The position numbers and the translations under genes are program-made. From NCBI RefSeq assembly GCF_006345805.1, contig NC_043002.1, positions 96,224,001-96,288,000 on the forward strand: 64,000 nt of DNA, in the 5' to 3' direction. Positions 12,660-22,439 of the stretch are shown here, piece after piece (position 1 is the first letter of the stretch; every line of letters begins with the position of its first letter). Source of the stretch: Octopus sinensis. Lineage: Eukaryota. The notes below the pieces were generated by a model. It searched no databases. It was not told where the DNA came from and worked only from the letters and a program-made list of their open reading frames with translations.

Positions 12660-13769
12660 TTAAACATGGAATACAATAGAGATGTGGAAAATAAAAGTCA
12701 ATTCAATAGTACACAGCTTCCTTGTTCAGAACTGTCAAAACTGTTGTAGCAAATGTAAAAAAGACAGGGAAAATAGGAATACAGTTGTGTGTTTGCAAGT
12801 GAAGGTTTGGTCATCGGTGGAATGACCATTTTGAAGATATGGTGAAGAAGTTTTATATGAATAGTAGAATAGTAACAGCCTCCTGTGTGTTGAGAATGAC
12901 AGAGCATGAAAGGAATTGGCTGACATGTACTGAATATAAATAGCATATTGATATGGACATGTAGTGTGAATGGGTGGTACATTTCTAGGGGAAACTATGA
13001 TGTAATGGAATGCTGGAAAACACACATAGTCAAGTAGGCTAAGGAGGACTTTAGAAAAAGTGATTAGATTAGATTAGATCTAATTACACTGAGCTTTACT
13101 AATGGGATGATGAGGGATTGAAATGCATAGAAGATGCTGTATCAAAGCCTCATGCTAAATATTTACAAGGTTGTGATGGCAATAAGAGAAAGAGATCTAG
13201 CATATCAATTCTTTTCTATACTTGCAATTAATTTTGTTAGAGGTAAAGGAAATAGACAACAGACTCAGATTTCATAAAACTAATGGTATTTATTTTTTTC
13301 TCCCATGAGATGTAAAACACATAATCAAGATTTAAACTGAGACAAATGAGGCAATTAGTTCAGTGCTGTTTAGTAGCCAGTTTAGCATATTAACACTTAA
13401 GTCTAGCACTTTACAGAATGGAAAAAGCATCTGTGATGCAGTAATTATTTGTTGATAAGGAGGCTGAAAAAGAAGATGCAAGTTCTTGTAGACATTGCCT
13501 TGTGAAATGACAAATCTATTCCATATTCTCTCCACAACCGTGTCTGTTCAGCTACCCTCTCCATTATCACCCACAATAATATTTTCTGGTAGAAAATCTC
13601 CACAGGTTCTCTGCATTTAGTATCCATGACTTTCTACTATGTAGCATTGCAGTTCATATACAAGCATTATACAGTCTGCCTTTCACTCTGAAAGAAACCG
13701 TTTGTGACCATCAGAGATAATAGCTCCCTGAATTTTCTTCGTCCCATTCTTATACATGTTTGTGTGTGT

Positions 13770-15440
13770 ATATATACAAACTCATACTCCTACCTTAACA
13801 TCTCTTCCTCCCATCCTACCCACACTAAGCTCTCCATCCCCTTCTCCCAATTCCCCCGTCTACTCTGGCTCTGCAGTAACAATCATGACTTTGAGACCTA
13901 GTCTCAACTCATGGCTCACCACTTCACCTTACATAGATATTCCCTCACCATTATCCACACTGCCCTTGTCTGGGCATGATCTGTGGACCATACCTCTGCT
14001 CTTTCTCCTTGCACCAGCCTCACCCTTACCCATCTCCCATTTCTCCTCACTTAATACCCTTCCAACCTACTCCTCCAATGCACCATTCTCCGAGCCTTCC
14101 AGCGACTCCAGTCCAACCTTTCTACCTTGCACATCTTCCCTAACACACCCCTTCCCTCCTTCAAATGAGCTCAAAACCTGCATGGCCTTCCCTTTCCCTA
14201 CCTCCCAGCCTGGTTCCTTCCCCTGTTTTTGTCCACACTGTCACACCTGCCACTACCTCTCCAACACCACTATTCTCACTGGCACCCACCACCATCCCTA
14301 TCACATCACCAACTCCTTTACCTGCAACTCCAGTAATGTTATCTACTGCATCTCCTGCTCTCTCTCTGTCTTACCCTGTACATTGGTCAAACGGGACACT
14401 GCTTGACAACCAGTTCACGGAGCACCTCCAAGACATCAGACTTGGCAATAACACCCTAGTCACACACCACTTCTGCTCTACTGGTCACTTGCTATAATAT
14501 CTGTCCATGTTCAGACTGTATATGCACAGGGGTCACCTGGACTCTTGCCTTCCCCATGAACAGAAGTTAATCTTCTTTGTTCTTTTGCATCTTATGGGCT
14601 CAACTTGCTACCTCTCTTCATCTGACACCAACCCCACACAGATTCCTAGAAACCTCCCACATTCAACTACCCTCCTCTCCACCAACACACCTGCATACCG
14701 CTACCTCAGTACCCTCACCACATACACACATCACTATATAACTACCCATACACGCTGTTCAACACATTACTCACTTCACACCTACAAACACCTTCCCACT
14801 CTACATACACTAGCACCCAACATTTCTCAGCACTCACACTGCATACCATTATCCACACACAATAGTGTCACCACACATACCACTATATGAGCAACCCTAC
14901 ACACTGTTTAACTCAGTACACATACCACATACCATGCACACTCCCACACAAGTACATAATGCCTGAACACAGACAATATATACACACATAGACACATATC
15001 TTTCACCCACGGATATAAACTATGCACATGCACACTATTATATTGACACAGATACACATACACATGTACACACCACCAGAACAAGCACACATCAACTGCT
15101 AAACACAAGTGTTTGCACATGCACACACACACACACACACACACAAGTCCACATATTTTTCAGCTTACCCACACATACATACACATTCACCCCCATTCAT
15201 GCATTCACACTCACACACACCATTCTCACATACACACATACGTAAGAGCAAATTTGTTCAGCCAGATCACCCTTATTATCTCCTTTTCATTCAGCCTCTC
15301 TCTTCTGACTATTTCATCATGTTGAACTGTTAATCACTACACATTTTTGTTCTCTCTGTTTTCTTTCATTCTCTGTCCTTTTTTTTTTCCTTTTAATCCT
15401 TTCTGTCAAAGAGCATAGGCTTGAGACGTAAAAGACTTTT
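13770..15440 (+). mobile_element. Penelope-like retroelement 3' portion (RT thumb, GIY-YIG endonuclease, 3' UTR), decayed
   Basis: SYSYLNISSSHPTHTKLSIPFSQF (RT C-terminus); PGSFPC..HCHTC...FTCNSSNVIYCISC and QFTEHLQDIR...LVTHHF (Cys motif and GIY-YIG); frameshifted; ends in a hammerhead-like motif. Confidence 0.8.
15399..15434 (+). ncRNA. decayed minimal type I hammerhead ribozyme at Penelope 3' end
   Basis: CTTT-CTGTCAA-A-GAGC-ATAG-GCTT-GAG-ACGT-A-AAAG: stems I and II and the ACGT palindrome are kept, but the core has 3 substitutions (A6U, G8A, A14G). Confidence 0.55.
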
Positions 15441-15444
15441 CCCA

Positions 15445-16078
15445 GGAAATAGGTATGCTGTCAACAAGACAATCAAAGAAACTTTTATGAACTATGCAAA
15501 ATCAAAAGGTGGAACTGGCTCGAATGGAATGGGCATTAGCAGTCTACAGACAAACTACATTGCCTATCAAAGATGGACAAAGTCAGGTAAAGAATGAGCC
15601 AAATTCCTTCAGGTTACATTTTGTCTAGTGGGAATGTCTGGTGAAGAAGACAAAGGATTGCAACATTGGGATATTTGCCCTTGTGAAATTGTGACCAGCA
15701 AGAAACTTATCTCAAGGACCATTGCAGCTATCAAGTGCTTCAACATCCCAGATGATCGAAAGTTGTACAATCTATCATCTGGCACTCCGGCTTCAGAGGA
15801 AGTTGCGAAGTATGTTCTCACTGCTGAGACTTGGTAGACTAGCAAAGGAAGACTTCATAGAAAACAGACTAATGAAGAAAGGAATACACTCTCTCGAATT
15901 TTCACAAGAAGAAACTGACACCAGTGTGATCCTGTATTTCATATATGCCAAAGAATGGGGATGCAAATCTATTCATGTGAGGAGTCCCGATTCAGACATA
16001 TTTTTCATCTTACTTCACTATGCTAAATTCCTGGAAGGACTTCAAATTCTGTTTGAAACTGGAAAGGGCAACACATGA
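15445..16078 (+). pseudogene. internally deleted relic of an uncharacterised PIN/5'-nuclease-like repeat protein
   Basis: Segments KTIKETFMNYAKSKGG...AYQRW, KLYNLSSG...VAKYVLTAE and SQEETDTSVILY...VRSPDSDIFFILLH...LFETGKG resemble a recurrent invertebrate hypothetical-protein family (EEADT...SPDTD); family assignment from recall only. Confidence 0.5.
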
Positions 16079-16079
16079 C

Positions 16080-16490
16080 ACTTGAAACCAATTTTGAACT
16101 ACTGTAGCAGTGTGGAGTGGGGCATTATCATCTTCGGAAGATTATTTCAGCATCGAGCAATAATGCCTTCCAGCATTACCTAAAATAGGGTCACCCAAAA
16201 TTTCTAAATATGTCTGGGAGTTCACTCTGCCATGAAGTGTGACTTCAAGATCAAAAGAATTCCAAGATATTGCTGCCCAAGTTATCACAAACCCACCTCC
16301 ATACTTAACAGCAGGAGTCAAGCAGCCAGGACAATAGGTTTCTTTGGGCTGTCTCCAGACATAAACTCATCTTGAACTTGGGGAAAAAGTGTGAAAGATG
16401 ATTCATCCGAGATGATATTCTTCTCTTGATCCATTGACCACTTCTGATGATCTTTACACTATCTTAATTGCCTCCACATATTGATGGCAG
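16080..16490 (-). pseudogene. Tc1-family transposase catalytic-domain relic
   Basis: Minus strand gives ISDESSFTLFP, VWRQPKE..CPGCL, GGGFVITW and FRR**CPTPH (FQ.DNAP.H-like), typical Tc1 DDE motifs, decayed. Confidence 0.6.
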
Positions 16491-16535
16491 AAAGGAGAGG
16501 CTTTATCATTGCAGTGAGCTGGCAAAAATGTTGGC

Positions 16536-16750
16536 GGCGAGCTGGCTGAAACGTTAGCACACCGGGTGAAATGCTTAGCGGTATTTCGTCTGCTGCTATG
16601 TTCTGAGTTCAAATTCTGCTGAGGTCGACTTGCCTTTCATCCTTTCAACCCCAGTTACGCACTGGGGTTGATATAATCAACTTAATCTGTTTATCTGTCT
16701 TTGTTTGTCCCCTCTGTGTGTAGCCCCTTTGTGGGCAGTAAAGAAATAAG
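16536..16750 (+). mobile_element. tRNA-headed SINE, family B
   Basis: GGCGGCGAGCTGGCTGAAACGTTAGCAC...GAGTTCAAATTCTGCTGAGGTCGACTTGCCTTTCATCC; copies at about 37140-37355 (-), 41550, 41768, 42245, 42692 and 54020 (+). Confidence 0.75.
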
Positions 16751-18837
16751 AAAGGAGAGGTTTTGTAATTGCAGCTCTCCCATGATATCCAGCACCATGG
16801 AGCTTGCAATGAATAGCTTTGGTCAACACAAGGTTTTCAAGGGGTTAGTTTAACTCTGAAGTTGCTTTCATTCCAGTAGTTCTATGATTTTGGAAACTAT
16901 GTGATTTAATATTCTAAGGTCCCTTTTTGAGAGTGCTAACTTCTGACCAGAATTATGCTGTCATAATTTTAGAGATAATACATCTTGAAACACAGACTAG
17001 TTCTGTAGTTTTAGTAACTGAGGTTCCAGCCATCCAAGCTTCAACAATTTGCTCCCTTTGAAATTCAATAAGGCCACACTTTGTATCATATATAATTATC
17101 TGAAAAACTTAAGATATAGGGTTATAACATTAGGCTCTGGATGTCAGCAATGCATTTACATATCCTTTGCAAGCAATCCAAATTGTTATAAATGATTAAT
17201 CTTGATTAGAAAATATGGTAAAATAAACACTAGTATTTCCATTATTTTGTCCAATCCCTGTAAGTATTAGGGTTGATATGGCAGAGTAAAACCTTTGAAA
17301 ATGGTATCCTGGTATGGCTTCTATCAACTGACTGAAACCTGATAAAAAATTTTTTAAATGAACTCATAATTTGAATCTATCGTTGTCAGACAAAAAAGGA
17401 TTAATTCATAAAATATTTTGATTAATACAGAATGAAACAGAAATAAATCTAGAACAGAAAATCATGGATAAAAAAAGAAAAAGAACTATCATATGTTTTT
17501 CATTTAAATAAACTAACTTTGTATGAACTAATAAGTGAACATCTTTATGGTTCTTGATCTGCTAGAAATAACAGTCAAATCCTCTTCAGATTACTACTTA
17601 CATTTAAAAAAAAATATGACATATTGCTTCTGTATTCACTATGCTTATAAATATAAGAGATGCCTTTGATCCACAAGTTCATATTCGTGTTACCTGTGCT
17701 CTTATAAAGCTTTTATAGTTAATCTTCAAGTTTACAGGCTACTATGCTATAACCAATGCTTTCTTTTCTGTAGTATGTTTTCTAATTTAATGTGTTGTAA
17801 TGGCTCTTCATTGTATTGAACTAGTCACGTGGTGTTATACTTGCATAACTAGTGTAAATAATATCAGTCATATACATTTCATGGCAAGCTGGGGTACTGT
17901 GTTCTGCTCATGGTGAGGATATTTAAAATTTTAGCATTTTTTGGTAATATATGTTAGTATTAGTTAAGTGTTATGGAAGTTGTGTTTGATTAAGCTGATT
18001 TAAAAAGAAAATAATGTTTATCTTCTTCGTTGCTATGGTATCAGTTCACCTGTGGATTGCTTGTTTAAATTTAAGTCTTTGTATTGATTTCTTTCCATAA
18101 TGTTTGTTTTCATTTTTGACTAATGTTTGTTTTACTCTCTAGATTTCTTTTTATGACGCACATTTTGGGGAAGAGATTTTAAATGCAGCTAAAGACTTTT
18201 GTTTATATCTATAGATGCAAACAAGCACAAAATATCTATTGCATTTTTTAAATCTCTTTATCAGCATCTTAAAATGAAATTGTTGTGTTGCTAAAATTTC
18301 CTACATAAACTATTCCTAATATTAACCCTTTAGCATTCAGATTTCTTTGTCAAATGTAACATTTATTTATTCACATTGTTTTGAATTAATCACACATGAT
18401 TTTTGATTCAAGATTTCAATGGAGTGTTTGCATACTTTTAGACTGATATTATAGGGTTGGTGTGAGAGGTTAGATCTGGTCAGTTTTAACATAAAATAGG
18501 TATAATATTTGGGCTGGATATGGCCACATTATATGCTAAAGAGGTATGAAGTTGGAGATACTTCCTAAGATGTTTCCTTTTCTTTTATGAAGAATATATC
18601 ATCAACACATGTAAAAAGTATGTTTTTGCTAGCCATGTAGGATGGCCAACATCCTTGATAGAAATTTGAAGTTACTAGACAGCACCCTGACTACTATTAC
18701 AATTAACTCTACAGCTGTAAAAGGTCCTTGTTGTGGCATAGGTGTAAAAAGTTAACACAAATAACTTTTAAGATTTATGACAGCTGTTTCAGTAGAGTTC
18801 TATAAATGCATTCATAGAAGATTACATCATCTGTATA

Positions 18838-19358
18838 CTGTAAATCCTCGAGTATCGTCTGCCCTTGAGTATAATACACAGGATTTTTTAGGGGGCTGTA
18901 CCTCTGAAAAACCTAAACCTTGTGTATAATATGCACCCTTTCTCTAACTTGAGTTGTGCGTAATTAAGCCAGCATCACCTAGTCGAACAAACACTTCCAT
19001 GCATGCATAATACAATATTGGTGATATTCTTAACTGTTATATGGAAATGTAAATATGTTTGCAAATTGTTTTTGTTACATGTTATTTTGTGTTCTGAATA
19101 CTTATATTTTAATAAATGTTGCTTACTGCAAGTTATGGGTGATTCTTTTGTAACTTCATTGCTTTTAGGCTTAGCTTAAGGTATGTTCACGCCTGACATC
19201 ACAAATTGCGTCTGAATAAACATTGCTGGACAGCAAATAGAGACACAGACATTGCCTAGAAAATATTTTTCATTTTTAATCTTGTATATAGTATGCACTA
19301 GAGATTTTGACCTTTAAATTTTGAGGAAAAAATGCGGATTATACTCGAGGATTTATGG
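18838..19358. mobile_element. Tc1/pogo-type MITE
   Basis: TA|CTGTAAATCCTCGAGTAT ... ATACTCGAGGATTTATGG|TA: 18-bp TIRs (both derivable from CCGTAAATCC by CpG decay) and TA duplication. Confidence 0.85.
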
Positions 19359-20260
19359 TATATAAAAAGCAGGATGTGCATGTGCGTGCGTGTGTGTGTG
19401 TGTGTGTACGTGAATGTAATTTATGCATGTCCACAAATTAGCACACATGCCACTCCAATTTTAGGAGGGCATTCGTTATGACCCTAGTTGTATTTTCGTC
19501 AACTTATTTTTCCCAGAGGTACCAGCAAATAACAGTAAAAATAAATTTTTAACCAAAACTTTTGTAGAACTCACCATTGTTTACAAACAGGAGTGAAGTC
19601 CCCTTCTAGCGACAAGTAAGTTTTTGTTAAGACTTTTGTTGTTTTTTTCCATTGAGGATAAAAGTGTTTTGTTAATATACGAGCAACCGCCCCAGACACA
19701 CGCACAAACATGTATGTGTACAAAAAAACATGTATGCAATAGGTGTACGTATATACGTATGTATGTGTGTGTGTTGCCCATATATATATATATATATATA
19801 TATTGATATATATATATATACTTAAGACTTAATTGTGATCTGAACATAACTGCTTCTGACACAGATCCGGGGGCCCTTTTGGGCATTTTGTTTTCCTTGC
19901 TGGAAGGGTTCCCAACCCATGGGCAAAGGGGGGTTTGATGATGGGGGTTGTGTTTTCAAAGGGCTAGCATGTGCAACCTGATCACCTCTGCCAATTAAAG
20001 TCCCAATTCATGCGCTCCTGTCGCGACACTGATTCTGCAGAACTGGGTTGGGTGTGAAAAAGTATAAATACCTGTTTTTGAATCAGAGTGGAAAAAATCA
20101 ATAAACCGATTCCTTATAGGATTACCCAATCAAGTTGTCTGCAACTCATTTTCAGCCAAAAGTTTACCAATTTCAACGGATTTTGCCCAGATTTGGCAGT
20201 GATGTTACTTAGTTTGGTTTGAAATAAAGAACTTGATTAGCTCAATAATCCTAGCTTAAT

Positions 20261-20288
20261 CCCAGGCAAAGCCGGGCTATACTGCTAG
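20261..20288 (+). mobile_element. Helitron 3' terminus
   Basis: Hairpin CCCAGGCAAAGCCGGG, then CTATACTGCTAG|T, same architecture as the family A ends; 5' end not identified. Confidence 0.65.
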
Positions 20289-20769
20289 TAATATATATTT
20301 CACTATCATCAGGTAAAATTTTAAACTGATAAGATTTTAAATAGATGAGATTTTTTATAGACTCACACATCCAACATTAGTTGGATTTGTCCAGGTTGAT
20401 GAATGAATTTGATGGATGGAAACTGAAAAAGGACAACTGTGTGTGTGTGTGTGAAGAAAGTCCTGAAAGTTTAGCACCTATTAATAATGGATATAATGAG
20501 AGTTTGAGTGATAAAGGGATTACTAACTTACTTAGTTGTGAAAAAAACACCAACAATTTAAATAATAATAAAATAAGCAACATCAGGAAATTAGATGCTA
20601 AAGCTGGTAGGAAGCTTAGGTTAGATAATAAAGATAGTGAAGAGAAAGAGCTGGTTACTCCACCTTACATAGATATGAAAACTACTGGAAATGGGGACAT
20701 ATCTAATAATCAAGTCTGGGAGGCAGTGATAAAGCGAGTAGAGCCTGCCCTTATACTGTTTGAAAGTAA

Positions 20770-20985
20770 GGACTTCATCTGGTTCAATGTTCCTTACAAC
20801 TGTGCCATATCCACAAACATATATAGGAAATTTATGGCTATTTTAGGTTAAAAAAAAACAAAACTTCCCAGCTTCCCATAGATATAACAGAATTTTTTCC
20901 CGTAAGACAGAATCTCATATTCTACTCTTCCCAATATGGGTACCATATAAGAAAGGTTAAATAAGAAGAATATAAAATTAGCAAG
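20770..20985 (+). mobile_element. Penelope-like RT/GIY-YIG linker relic
   Basis: FIWFNVPYNCAISTNIYRKFMAIL then ISYSTLPNMGTI resemble the IIWFNPPY...TN.GRKFL...KISYSCMPN motif of Penelope-like elements. Confidence 0.6.
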
Positions 20986-21005
20986 AGGTGATAATGATGA
21001 TGATG

Positions 21006-21048
<43 letters not shown>

Positions 21049-21060
21049 TAATAATAATAA

Positions 21061-21482
21061 GAGACGAGGACTCAAAGCAGAGACAAGGACTCAAAGCAGA
21101 GAGATAGGACTCAAAGCAGAGACAAGGACTCAAAGCAGAGACAAGGACTCAAAGCAGAGACAAGGACTCAAAGCAGAGACAAGGACTCAAAGCAGAAACA
21201 AGGACTCAAAGCAGAGACAAGGACTCAAAGCAGAGACAAGGACTCAAAGCAGAGACAAGGACTCAAAGCAGAGGCAAGGACTCAAAGCAGAGGCAAGGAC
21301 TCAAAGCAGAGGCAAGGACTCAAAGCAGAGGCAAGGACTCAAAGCAGAGACAAGGACTCAAAGCAGAGACAAGGACTCAAAGCAGAGACGAGGACTCAAA
21401 GCAGAGACGAGGACTCAAAGCAGAGACAGAGGGATTTTTAATTGCAGGACTCAAAGCAGAGACAGAGGGATTTTTAATTGCA
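21061..21482 (+). repeat. 19-bp minisatellite (GGACTCAAAGCAGAGACAA) plus a 36-bp duplication
   Basis: GGACTCAAAG starts at 21068, 21087, 21107 and then every 19 bp to 21411 (19 starts), and again at 21447; 21411-21446 equals 21447-21482. Confidence 0.95.
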
Positions 21483-22121
21483 GCACAAGACCAAAGCCTC
21501 CCCACCAGAAATTACCAAAAACATGTAATGAAAAGAAATATTACAAGTAACTGCAGAATATGTGGAGATGGACAAGAAACAATAAATCATATTATCTCTA
21601 GCTGCCCAGTCCTGGCTAAGAAGGAATATATTCACAGACATGACAGAGTTGGAACTTACATACATTGGAAGCTATGCCAACATTATGGAATAACAACAGA
21701 AAAAAGATGGTATAGGCACACACCAGAAAAGGTCACAGAAAACGAGAAAGCAACCATACTCTGGGATATGCCGATACACACAGATAGAGAAATTAAGGCC
21801 AACAGACCAGATATAATTGTCAGAGACCATGAAGAAAAAAAATGCTTTCTAATTGATGTATCAGTACCGGCAGATGACAACGTGTCTCTAAAAGAAATGG
21901 AGAAACTCTCAAAATACAAAGACCTGGAAATAGAGGTAACTAGAATGGGGAATCTGAAAACAGAAACAATTCCTATCATAGTAGGTGCATTAGGCATGAT
22001 AAAAAAATATTCAGACAAATACATAACAAAAACACCAGGACTTACAAACACATATAACATACAGAAAATTGCACTACTAGGCACTGCACACATCCTACGC
22101 AGAACACTTTCCATACAATAA
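21447..22121 (+). CDS. C-terminal zinc finger and restriction-like endonuclease of the Dong/R4 ORF (224 codons, uninterrupted)
   Basis: In frame with ORF 21528-22121; no stops from GGA CTC AAA GCA at 21447. Confidence 0.85.
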   Translation, partial: GLKAETEGFLIAAQDQSLPTRNYQKHVMKRNITSNCRICGDGQETINHIISSCPVLAKKEYIHRHDRVGTYIHWKLCQHYGITTEKRWYRHTPEKVTENEKATILWDMPIHTDREIKANRPDIIVRDHEEKKCFLIDVSVPADDNVSLKEMEKLSKYKDLEIEVTRMGNLKTETIPIIVGALGMIKKYSDKYITKTPGLTNTYNIQKIALLGTAHILRRTLSIQ

Positions 22122-22362
22122 CCATCAGAGCATCACAACAAATCACAGCACATACCCAAGGCACACAGAGCTACACTCGGTAGTGAAGTGAAAGCACGCT
22201 ATAAAAATAAAAATAAAACTACTGAATAATAATAATAATAGTACTGTCAACAATAATATAAACACCCACAATGAGAATAGTAACATTAATGGTGATGTGG
22301 AAAATAGAAATGGCAGTGTACACATATGAACTATCTTTTTGAAATATATATGTATATATATA

Positions 22363-22434
<72 letters not shown>

Positions 22435-22439
<5 letters not shown>

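Larger units (their letters stand above)
21061..22224 (+). mobile_element. 5'-truncated R4/Dong-clade RLE non-LTR retrotransposon in a (TAA)n tract
   Basis: Open frame 21447-22121: GLKAETEGFLIAAQDQ, CCHC finger CRICG...HIISSC, RHD motif, RLE core RPDII...LIDVSVP...EKLSKYKDL; (AAT)n on both sides (21006-21060, 22225-22240). Confidence 0.9.

Noticed and set aside
18143-18213. Possible terminal exon (CTAG|ATTTCT..., ISFYDAHFGEEILNAAKDFCLYL*)
   Set aside because: No recognisable homology and no partner exons found.
20381-20851. 156-aa ORF as a host gene
   Set aside because: TTG start, contains a GT microsatellite, no splice context; only its last 25 or so codons are recognisable (Penelope-like linker).
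21061-21482. 19-bp repeat array as a CRISPR
   Set aside because: Units are contiguous with no spacers, the context is eukaryotic, and the unit derives from the LINE ORF.
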